A stretch of DNA of 64,000 nucleotides from Microgenomates bacterium OLB23. GTDB lineage: Bacteria > Patescibacteriota > Microgenomatia > UBA1406 > HO2-37-13b. Location: NCBI GenBank assembly GCA_001567245.1, contig LMZU01000016.1:467-64466 (forward strand), read 5' to 3'. The notes beneath the pieces are model-generated. The model searched no databases and was not told the DNA's origin. It saw only the letters and a list, made by a program, of their open reading frames with translations. A program made the translations under genes and the position numbers. Below are positions 30,142 to 40,111 of the stretch, piece by piece (positions within the stretch are counted from its first letter, which is position 1; the number at the start of each line of letters is the position of its first letter).

Positions 30142-33100
30142 CTTTAATAGCCGGGGCTCTGTGGTAGGAATGCTTGTAGCTGGTGTGAGCGTTGTTGCGC
30201 TTGTCGCAACAGTTATTGGGGTAATGCAAAATAGTGTACAACGAAGCTCAGATGCCGCGCTCAACTCAACCGGCGTTATGCTGCAAGAAGGCACGCTTGA
30301 TGTTGAGCGCATCGATGACAACCACGTCGAAATAAGTGGACAAATTTGTTACTCGCGCCACTTGCAAAGTGGCGGCAAAGAAGAATGGACACTCTGGGCA
30401 ACAGACAACCGCGGCAAAGCATTAGAAGGAGAAAACGATGGTAGCCATATAGATGGCGGTCGACTTTTTGTAGCCGGCAACGGTAGTTTCCCTGCTTCGT
30501 GTGAGTATGTCGACCGGGCTGCAGGCATTGGCGCCATGCGTGATAAAAACCAAAAGCAACCACATCGGTTTTCTATAATTGCAACTACTTCACGCCGCAT
30601 TACCGACAGTTACTGCCCAGAAGTATTTCTCAATTATCGTGGCACATGGTTTTCTGGCACACCATTTGCAAAAATTAACCTCAAAGATTATGCAAACATA
30701 TGTACCCCATCATCTGGCTCAACTCCTTCTACTAGTCCAAACCCTGGCTCTGCTACCGAAGAACCACCAGCACCAACCGAACCTGTTGTAACTCCCACAA
30801 ACTCGCCCACCCCAACCCCAGACTTTACCGTAAGTGGACGGGTATCAGTATATGGATGTAAAAAACCTGATAGAGCAACTGTTGAATACTGCGAAGGAGA
30901 AACCTGTAATGAACTCAATGGCGGAAAAGTAACATCCACTCCATTTACCTCTGGACCTTCTGAAAACGGCATTTGGCTTGAAGATGGCAATGATGATAAT
31001 ACATGGATTTTTAATTATCGTATTAGTGTTGATCATGATGGCAAGCCACTTGACCCGTCAAAAACATATTTTATAACTCGCGCACTCGGATTTTTCGATG
31101 GCGAGCAGCTTTTTATTGACTCAGAACGTGAGCAAGGAGAAAAACTCCGCATGAAGCCTGGCACACAAAGAGATCTTAAAGTATATGCAAACCGTACCTG
31201 TGGCTGCTCATTTGATGCCGTTGCATATATAAAAGATACAAATGGCAACCTTATAACCGAGCTCGACAACAAGCAAGACCAATTCGGCACAAAAAATAAC
31301 AAGCAAATTTTTGATCGTGGCGATAGCCCAACCGGATCAGTTATATTCAATAACCTTGGCAGCAACCCGGGTCGTGTTGATTTTCATCTTACCGATCTTG
31401 GAGACTTTAGAGATGCCCATACATGGGGGCGTGATGCGTTGGCGGCGGTTAAACTCTACGCAGATGGCTGGAACGTAGTAAAACAAGAGTGCACAAGTAA
31501 AAACCCAAGCGTTCCCGCATGCCCTGGCTATACTCAGTCATGGAACGCCACCGACATGACCAAACTACGCAATCCAAAGGTATTTGAAAATATGCGTGTT
31601 GGGTGCAATGTAAATGTAGAATATGGCTGGATTATAGAGAAGGCTCCAGAACCTACACAGGCCCCAGAACAACCACCTATTGGGGGTGCTCCTATTGGTT
31701 CTATATCGTGCGCTTTACGTGATGATGCAAATCCGGCTGCGCCACAAAACCAAGGTTGCCGACCTCAAAACTTCCGCATTAAACAAATAAAAGAAGGCAC
31801 TGCAAACCTTGTCTGGGATGTTGCTGCAAGTTGTCCTTCGTTCCGCGAAGGCAGCGACCGCTATTGGATTATTGTAAAAAAAGAAGGGTACAGAACAAAT
31901 TGTAGCTTCACGCCGTGGCATGAAAGACGAAGATACTGGTGTTGGAGCAGATGATCATGATAAGGGCGTACCTCCCCACCAAATTGTAGTGCAGCCAGAG
32001 TTTGTTACCGATGATGATGGTGACAAAGAATATTATTTTATGGAAGGTCAAGAATATACCGCCTATCTTTATAGCTACCTCGATAAAGACAATAGTTGTA
32101 TGAGCCTGCCAATTTCTCTCGACTTTACGGGTGTTGCGCGTGATGACTCAGAGGATCCAGAAGAACCTGGAGATCCGGGTGATCCAGGTAGCGGTGGAGT
32201 GTGTCCTCAGTGGTGCGCAACCGTAGATTACTGTCGAAGTCAAGGCTGGGTAGACAAAAACCCACCTGCTGGTGAGCATTGTAGTGGCGCAGACGAAAAG
32301 TGGTGCTGCCCACCAGGCACAGAGCCACCAGGTGGCGAAGGCCCAGGCGGTGGTAATCCTGGTAATCCAGGTGGCGGTAACCCAGGACAACCTGGTAACC
32401 CAGGCGGCGGCACCGGCGGTGCGTGCCCAGCAGGGTCACTAGGCGTACCAGGAAGCAGCGGTGAGTCTTTTATAAAAACCAGTACTGCAAGTGATGCGGG
32501 AGTCTGCTCTACTACATATCCCGGCTCAAAACCAGTCGACGCATCTGATGGTGGCTTTTGTTGTACAAGTGGTAGTAGTGGTGGCATTGGCGGTGAGCCT
32601 GATAACCCCTATCAATGCAACTCAAATGATTATGGGCCAATCGCTGCAGCCGCAAATTACTGTGTTCCTCAAAATGGTTTTCAAGCTTATACCCACCCAA
32701 TCAAAGCTGATGGAACAAAATCTACAAGCCAGCATTGTTGCGTAGTTCATGCAGGAATCGGGTCATGCCCAGCCACAGAAGGACTCAGAGGAATTCCCAA
32801 TAAAAATCCGAGTCGTGGCATTCCTCAGGGCAAGGGCTATGCACAAGAACAGTGCAAAAGTGAATACGGCAGCAACTTCTCAAGTGTAGAACCTGCCCGG
32901 GGTCGCACATTACAAACCGGATGGTGTTGTAAGGTAACGAACAACTTTGGTACTTGCGACAATAACAAAGGAGAATTTGGACAGAATGGAAGGTCTCCTG
33001 CCTTTACTAGCAAATCAGCTGCGCAAAAGCAGTGCTCAGATATGGGTAATCCTAAATGTAGAGCAGCGCAATCACGAACAGGAACTGGTTGGTGTAGCGT

Positions 33101-34001
33101 CACAAGCGCACTACCAACCCCCACTGCAATAGTATTACAATGCCCCGCTGGATTTACTCAACACAAGAACGAGGGTCGGGTATGTCCACTTAATCAGACA
33201 GCATACATTGCAAGAGGCTTCCCCGCTGATCAACTTTGTTGCAAAAACGAACTCCTTCAGAGCTGTACAGGTAACTATTTTGGTGTCAATAAAGGTAATA
33301 ATCCAATCAGATTGCCAGGAAAACCTGGAGACGCCACACTATCGCAAAAATGTAAACTGGACAATGGTACTGGTAACTACCTTTTTGAAACAACTTCTTC
33401 AGATACAAAATTGTGTTGCGAGAAAAAACCTGTTGAAACCCCAAAGCCCAATGCTCCCAAGTACACAGTTACTATTAAATACAATATTACCGTACCAGGA
33501 GCCATAGACTTTACCCTCACCCCAAAACTCGCTGGGCCAATTCCTATACTACGTACCGGCAAGGAATTTTCTAAATCTGTATTCCACTTCGGTAGAACGT
33601 ATGAGCACACGGTCGAATACACAAATATAGAGAAGAATAACTATACAGTTCAATGTTCAATGAGAATTGCGGGTAACACTGGAAAGCCCTGTAATAACGC
33701 AGTAATAGACGTATCGAGGAATGTATGTTATGAATACAATATTACTGTCGAAGGCACTACCATGACGCAATCTGCACTTGGCAAAGAATGTAGCACAGGC
33801 TCGGGTGGCTCTGGCGGTGGCGGATTTTTGAGCGCTGAGCTTGACATGAACGGCGACGGGGTTATTAACACCATCGATCTTCAATACATATACGATGAAT
33901 ATGGCGCCGAAGGCGCAACTACTACAGATGTAAATGATGATGGCGCAGTAAATGCACTTGACCTCTCCATTTTCATGAACTCATTTGGTACCGAGCTCTA
34001 A
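30128..34001 (+). CDS. ~1290-aa signal-anchored modular surface protein: shared modules + GNP-rich linker + 7 Cys-repeats + dockerin (frameshifted)
   Basis: ORFs 30128..31954 and 31920..34001 join (..YWIIVKKKGTEQIVASRRGMKDED..) if the A7 run 31876-31882 loses 1 base. N-terminus RGSVVGMLVAGVSVVALVATVIGV. Dockerin: DMNGDGVINTIDLQYIYDEYG...DVNDDGAVNALDLSIFMNSFG. Confidence 0.6.
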
Positions 34002-34031
34002 TTGACAAACAATTCAACACCTCTCTATAAT
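34002..34031 (+). promoter_or_regulatory. Consensus promoter TTGACA-18-TATAAT, 6 nt upstream of ATG 34038
   Basis: Perfect hexamers at 34002-34007 and 34026-34031, starting 1 nt after the upstream stop. Confidence 0.6.
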
Positions 34032-34037
34032 GAATAC

Positions 34038-34641
34038 ATGGACACCATTGCCACTGTTGTGCGTAAAGATGTAAAAGAATTTCTTACCCTCAGCCCACAG
34101 GTTAAATTCTTACTTACCATACAGCTCATTATTTTATTTATTTTAAGCATACTCATTGGCATTATCTTTTCACCTAAGTTTAAGCACAACGTCATGCGAC
34201 AAAAACGTTGTGAGCAACGAAACCACAGACACCACAAAAGAAAGCGTGAGACTTTCGCTTTTGCCACAAAGTAAGCTTATGAAGCCAGGCGAAGAGGTTA
34301 CATTCTACGTCACAATGAGCGGAGACCCTGCCTATGCACTAGATACGCACATAACATATGATCCCGAATACGTAGCAATACGCAATGTACAAAATGGTGA
34401 CATGTTTGACAGGGTTATTCTTAATGAAATTAAAACGAATACTATAGTATTTTCTGCCGCATACGACCCCGGCAAAACCACCTTTAAGCAAGAAGGTATT
34501 GCATTTACCTTTACCGCAAAAGCACTCAAAAAAACCCAAGAAACCCTTTTACTCTTTGACCTTAAAAACACTATTGCAGCACAAGATGGCACAAACATAT
34601 TAAAAAATGCCGAGCCGGCTACCATACATATTTTTGATTAA
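34038..34641 (+). CDS. TM-anchored cohesin-domain protein (frameshifted)
   Basis: ORFs 34002..34274 and 34156..34641 join (..SILIGIIFHLSLSTT..) if the T4 run 34167-34170 loses 1 base. Core: GEEVTFYVTMSGDPAYALDTHITYDPEYVAIRNVQNGDMF...GIAFTFTAKALKKTQETLLLFD. Confidence 0.65.
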
Positions 34642-34644
34642 ACC

Positions 34645-36764
34645 ATGAAGACACTTGCACTTGCGGTTTTAGCCATTATGTCTATTGGTCTTTTAGTAGG
34701 CTCACGGTTTGTAACTAACCCCAACCTAAACGAACGCAGAACGCAAGCCAATGTACCCGATGCCCTCACTGTAGTACAAAATCAAGACGTATCGGTTGAG
34801 TTTACCAGCCTTGCTCCCCATAATCGCTGGGACTACATGCTCACCGGCGGGCTTTGTTTTACAAACAACCCCCCCCACTAATGGCAAATGGAAGGTAAGC
34901 GTATACCACGACGGGCTCATTAACCCAGAAATTGCCATAGGTGCAAGCGTACAAAGAACTGTCACCAACCCATCACAGGCTCGCTGCCGAGATGGCTCAC
35001 CCATGCTCATTTTTAATGCGCCCATTAACATGCCGCCTGCAAACAGGCTACATGAAAACGAAGACTGCCTACCTGCCGGTGATGTAGATGTGCGTGTTGA
35101 TACAGCTGGCCCACCCTGGCAAATAGAATCAGATATAGCCACAATTGCTCGTGATTACTTTTGTCCCGATGACCCAGCGCCTACTGACAATCCAAATCAA
35201 TCGCCTACCCCAGCTCCTAATGGTGATGTAAATGTAAACCTTCAGCTAGAAGGAACATGGAATAGCAATTTTAATGAGTTTCAGGCCACAGCCAGAATGT
35301 GTGATTTTGACGAAAGTGGCGATGTTGACTGGGAAAGTTGTGGCGAGGGCAGTAACAAATCGTCAAGTACCGACATTACACGTAAGAGTACAGGAACAAG
35401 CATTAACAAAACAGTTACATTAAACATTGCCGATACCCAGGGCGGCCCAAAGGCACTGGTAATAATTTATGACTACAAACGCACCGATGGCAAAATTGAT
35501 AACACCGGCATACAGGTTGAGGTTGTCAATAACACCGAATGCGGCCCTTCAGAAGTAGATTTTGGCGCGTATGTATGCGGCGTAGATGCCGGCGGCGCTC
35601 CACTTAATACCTCTTTTAAGCTTGTACTCCCCACTCACAATGCAACAGCATATGAACTGAGACTAGGCAGAGAGGTTAATGAATTTCGCGAGATCATAGA
35701 GCCCTGCACACATGCCATTGATACTAATAATAAAAATGGAACTGCTGCTCAAGGTGAGCGAGGACAATGTAGCTCATATGCAGAAGGCAATACCATTAAG
35801 GTAGCCTTTCACAATAGAGAATCTACCGAGCAAAAAATATACTGGCTTCTAGGCAGATGTAACGGAACCTTTGACGATAACGAAGGATATTGTGAAACTA
35901 ACGCTCCAGTAGAAACCACAAACCTCGTGCAAAATATTTTTGATGCAGAACAAACACTTACCCTTCCTGCGGGGCAGGTTGCCGTATGTACATTTGATAA
36001 ATCAAAATACCCAACTACAGAAAACGAGGCAAATGTGCGTAGCTCTGGAGCTGTTTCGTGTGTTACTGCAGCACCAACTGCAACACCTGTTCACACCTTA
36101 ACCCCATCACCAACAGCAACTTCTACACCAACACCAACACCGGTGCGTGCAACTACCCCTAACCCCGGCACAGGCACGCCTGTTCCCGATGCAGATGCTG
36201 GTTACTACACAAGCATTTTCGTTTTATAATGGCTCGTCACGCGCGGTTACCAGCATTACCACACTCACCTGCTACGGCGCCTCCAAGTCTGATTGTGTAT
36301 CTGAGTTGGTAAATACGTCTATTCAACCACGACAAAGGGGTACTGTAGAAACAGATCTTGTGCTACCTCGAGGCGTAAATGATTATGTGGTTAAGTGTCG
36401 TGTAACATTTGCTGGCAGTTCAACTCCAGTAAACTGCCCCAATGAGGTAGCAACACCACTGCGACAAAACGTGCTTTATCGTATTTCAGCTTCAGATGGG
36501 GGCATAACAGGACAAGGAGTTACAGAGATTGATGCATGTGATGTAAACAACGATGCGTGCTGTAACGCAAATGATTTTTCTGTTGTTGCAACTAAATATG
36601 CCGAAGAAATTAACCCAACTGAACAAAATGCATCGGACATAAATGGTGATGGCATTATTAATGGTTTTGACCTCGTATTCACGCAGGCCAACTTTGGAAA
36701 AGGTCAAGGGTGTAGACTTAATCTTGCTCCAGAATTGAACCCTGAATTGCGTCGGGAACCGTAG
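34645..36764 (+). CDS. Signal-anchored modular surface protein with C-terminal dockerin (2 frameshifts)
   Basis: ORFs 34645..34881, 34796..36229 and 36147..36764 join at the C8 run 34869-34876 (..CFTNNPPTNGKWKV..) and at a T4 run near 36216-36222. Dockerin: DVNNDACCNANDFSVVATKYA...DINGDGIINGFDLVFTQANFG. Confidence 0.6.
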
Positions 36765-37089
36765 TCTTCAAACTACGTTTTTTAGAAGATGATTTGGTTG
36801 TTTTTGTAGATGCTCCCTTTTTTGTTAATTCTGCCGGCCATGCACCCAACTCTTTAAGCTTCCACATAAAGAGCGCGCCTTTGCGGCGCGCGCCAGAATC
36901 TACAACAAATTGCAATGCCTTGTGCAATACGGGCCTTGGCAATTGCTTTGCCAGGCGTATGTATAGTGCTTTATGGCGTTCGTCCTCTAGTTTTTCGGCA
37001 AGATGAACGCCAAACGACTGATATTCACGCGAAATATAGCGGTCTTTAGTAGGATTAAAGGTCTTGAGCACATCTTTTATTGAGTCCAT
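36718..37089 (-). CDS. Hypothetical protein (123 aa) with a basic Ser/Lys/Thr-rich tail
   Basis: Intact ORF convergent with, and overlapping by 47 nt, the preceding dockerin gene. No motif recognised. Confidence 0.45.
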   Translation of the reverse strand: MDSIKDVLKTFNPTKDRYISREYQSFGVHLAEKLEDERHKALYIRLAKQLPRPVLHKALQFVVDSGARRKGALFMWKLKELGAWPAELTKKGASTKTTKSSSKKRSLKTTVPDAIQGSILEQD

Positions 37090-37109
37090 GCTGACATTAG
37101 TATACAGTA

Positions 37110-37137
37110 TTGCAATGGCCCATAATAATGATATAAT
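37110..37137 (+). promoter_or_regulatory. Promoter TTGCAA-16-TATAAT, 6 nt upstream of ATG 37144
   Basis: -10 at 37132-37137. Favours ATG 37144 over the GTG 37138 track start. Confidence 0.4.
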
Positions 37138-37143
37138 GTGAGC

Positions 37144-37851
37144 ATGTTTGCACCATTTATACAGTATTTATTGCAGAGCGGCGTATCGGAGTATGCATTG
37201 ATTGTGCTCCTTTTTTTGCCTATGGTTACCGCGCTCATTACATTCGCGCGCTATGTTATTGGTATCCGCACCATTAACATATATACCACTGTATTGCTTG
37301 CCTATGCCCTGCTCGATTTGGGCTACACGCCTAAAGGCAACATAGATTATGCAGCCACCATTATATATGGAGGTCTTATTATGTTTGCCATTTCTTCAAT
37401 TGGACTATGGATTCATCAGATACTATATGCCTCTCGCCTTCATTACCTTGCAAAAGTTAGTATTGTGTCTTCTTTTGCAGTTATGGGTGTTTTCACACTC
37501 CTATATGGGGCGACATTGGTTAATCAGGTTGATTTGAACATGATCAACCCTATTACCATACTTCTTTTTATTGTCGCGCTAGAGTCGTTGGTAAAAAGCT
37601 CTGTGCGCCATGGCATAAAAAAGGCTGTGTACTTAATGACCCATACTATTGTGCTTGCAATTGGTATTTTCTTTATCATGAGTCAAGAAATTATGCAAAA
37701 TGCCGTATTTGATTACCCCGAAATCTCACTGCTTATGATTGTGCTCAGCTTTATTGCTGGAAAGTGGCGCGGTCTTAAATTACTAGAGTTTATTCGCTTT
37801 AGAAACATTCTTAAACAAGACGTACATGATTCTGAAGATTTTGGCGAATAA
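37144..37851 (+). CDS. 7-TM membrane protein of the type associated with ATP-grasp ligases (7TM_transglut-like, lacking the transglutaminase domain)
   Basis: Polytopic protein. The N-terminal pattern ALIVLLFLPMVTALITFARYVIGIRTINIYTTVLLAYALLDLG resembles the 7TM module found beside alpha-L-glutamate-ligase-like genes. Assignment is from recollection plus gene context. Confidence 0.5.
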   Translation: MFAPFIQYLLQSGVSEYALIVLLFLPMVTALITFARYVIGIRTINIYTTVLLAYALLDLGYTPKGNIDYAATIIYGGLIMFAISSIGLWIHQILYASRLHYLAKVSIVSSFAVMGVFTLLYGATLVNQVDLNMINPITILLFIVALESLVKSSVRHGIKKAVYLMTHTIVLAIGIFFIMSQEIMQNAVFDYPEISLLMIVLSFIAGKWRGLKLLEFIRFRNILKQDVHDSEDFGE

Positions 37852-37856
37852 GTCGC

Positions 37857-39263
37857 GTGTTTTTGGGTTTGAATGAACGCAATATATCGTACGTCAAAAA
37901 GTACAATCTTCCCTCTGCTCGAAAAGCTGCAGATAACAAAATTCTCACAAAAAATACTCAAAGAGGTTGAAGTGCCAACCACATTAGTGCTGCATGTTAT
38001 TAAAAATGTTGATCAATTAGCAAGTCTTGACGTTAATACACTGCCAAAAACATTTGTTGTAAAGCCAGGTAGTGGTGTCGCGGGGCAAGGCATTGAGATT
38101 ATATACAACCGCGACAAACAAGGTAATTTTATTAATGCGCAAGGTCATAAAATTTCTCCAGAGGCATTAAAAAATCTTATGGCCAACATTTTAGAGGGTG
38201 CATTCTCTCTAAACTATAGTCCAGATAAGGTGCTTATAGAAGAAAGAGTAAAACCACACCACAAACTGCGCCCCTTTAGCTACAAAGGTGTGCCAGACAT
38301 TCGCGTCATTGTGTTTAAAAAAGTGCCTGTTATGGCAATGGTGCGCTGGCCCACCAAAGATTCGGCGGGGCGCGCAAACTTTTCGCAAGGTGCCGCAGGC
38401 AGTGGAATAGACTTAGCCACCGGCATTACCACCCACACTATAAAACAAACTAGCGAGGGGCGCATTGTTGATCTTGAATTTGTTGATGGTACGCGTACGC
38501 GCTATTCGGGTTTTAAAGTGCCCTATTGGGATAAAATCCTAACATATGCGGTCAAAGCCGCTAAAGCTACCAACCTTGGTTTTTGTGGAGTTGACTTTCT
38601 TATAGATCGTGAACGCGGCCCGTTAATTGTAGAAATCAATGCCCGACCTGGATTACGCATACAACTGGCCAATCAAGATGGCCTTAAATGGAGGCTCGAA
38701 CAAATAAAGAGAGTTCGCATTAAAACTGTTTCGCATGGTATTCGCCTTGGTAAAGACTTGTTTGGCGGTGAAGTTGAAGAAGAAATTGAGGCAATCGCAG
38801 GTAAAAAGATAATTGGTCTTATTCAGCCAGTTAAACTGTATCATAAAACAGAAAAGCGCAGCATAACTATTATGGCAAAAGTTGATACTGGTGCAACCTA
38901 CTCCTCTATTGACCGACAAATTGCAATTGATCTTGGCTATGGCGAAGCCGTTGCTCAATTTGAAAAACTCAATATACCTAAACAAATTCTTACACGCGAA
39001 GAAGGCATTGCCATTGCAGAAAAATATCATACTCAGCTCACAGAAAACAACCAAGATATTATCAACACTGAAGTTATCGTCAATAGTAACGGAAGAAGTT
39101 ACCGTATTATTCTTGGGCTTCGTGCAAAAATGCAAGAAAAAGAAATTTCTTGCACACGCAACAGTTACAGACCGCAGTAACTTGGTATACCCTATGATTA
39201 TAGGCAAAAAAAGATCTTAAAGAATTTTTAGTAGATCCAAGTAAAAAACCTGCAACAGCATGA
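37857..39263 (+). CDS. ATP-grasp (alpha-L-glutamate ligase-like) fused to a C-terminal retropepsin-like (RimB/PF05618-type) aspartic peptidase domain (3 frameshifts)
   Basis: GTG 37857 gives FLGLNERNISYVKKYNLPSARKAADNKILTK, joined at the A6 run 37949-37954. ATP-grasp motifs: FVVKPGSGVAGQGIEII, VLIEERV, CGVDFLIDRERGPLIVEINARPG. Peptidase motif: AKVDTGATYSSI. The tail TVTDRSNLVYPMIIGKKDLKEFLVDPSKK is restored by removing 1 base from A5 39137-39141 and from A7 39206-39212. The stop overlaps the next ATG. Confidence 0.7.
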
Positions 39264-40084
39264 GTAAAAATATAGCTATATTTGCTTCGGTAGTTAACGA
39301 AAAAACTAGAGCATCCTTTCCCCGAGGGTTATTTTCATATAACGATGTTGCTATTATTATTGATCAAAAAAGCAAAAACCCTATAAAAATCTTGGTTGGC
39401 ACAAAAGAAATATCTACCTTTGACCTTGTATACTTTAGAACCTGGAGAAAATATGCTCTTATTGCCTTCCCTATGGCTCGCTATCTCAAAATGAAAGGTG
39501 TAAAAATTATTGATACAGAAATTCTTAAAAGTCAGGTTGATTCTAAAACATATGAATATATCTGCGCAGCTGAACACAATGTACCAATTCCACGTTCAAT
39601 TATTGCCTGCAAAGTGAAGCTAGTCACCATGAAGAAAACAATTCACGATACCTTTACGCTGTATCCGCTCATTGTCAAAGCGGCCGAAGGCAAACAGGGT
39701 CGAGATAACTTTTTAGTAAAAAACTTTACAGAACTTAAGAAGGTGCTGAGTAACTACCCTAACGACAAATTGTTTATTGTGCAAGAATATATTCCAAATA
39801 ACTTTGATTACCGCTTTCTTGTAACAGGGTACAAAACTGCTTTGGTTTATAAACGTATTCGCACCAATGAGATATCACATTTAAATAACATTTCACAAGG
39901 TGGGTTACGTGAAATTGTAGATGCGAACAAGCTTAAAAGCCTATGTAAGATTGCTGAGAAAATTAGTAAAGCACTTTATCGTGAAGTTTGTGGCGTTGAC
40001 ATTATTATCAGCACAAAAACAGGTGAGCCCTATGTATTAGAAGCAAACTCAGGACCACAACTCAACTTTAAGCCCGCAACTTAA
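39260..40084 (+). CDS. RimK-family ATP-grasp ligase
   Basis: LIVKAAEGKQGRDNFLV, LFIVQEYIPNNFDYRFLVTGYK, CGVDIIISTKTGEPYVLEANSGPQ are typical RimK-like ATP-grasp blocks. Confidence 0.7.
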   Translation: MSKNIAIFASVVNEKTRASFPRGLFSYNDVAIIIDQKSKNPIKILVGTKEISTFDLVYFRTWRKYALIAFPMARYLKMKGVKIIDTEILKSQVDSKTYEYICAAEHNVPIPRSIIACKVKLVTMKKTIHDTFTLYPLIVKAAEGKQGRDNFLVKNFTELKKVLSNYPNDKLFIVQEYIPNNFDYRFLVTGYKTALVYKRIRTNEISHLNNISQGGLREIVDANKLKSLCKIAEKISKALYREVCGVDIIISTKTGEPYVLEANSGPQLNFKPAT

Positions 40085-40111
40085 GGCAGTTAAGAGTTAC
40101 TTAGCAAGGGT

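Noticed and set aside
19706..36764. Calling the cohesin-dockerin arrays a cellulosome
   Set aside because: No glycoside hydrolase, carbohydrate esterase, polysaccharide lyase or CBM signatures were recognisable in any dockerin-bearing protein. Only the assembly principle, not the cellulolytic function, is supported.
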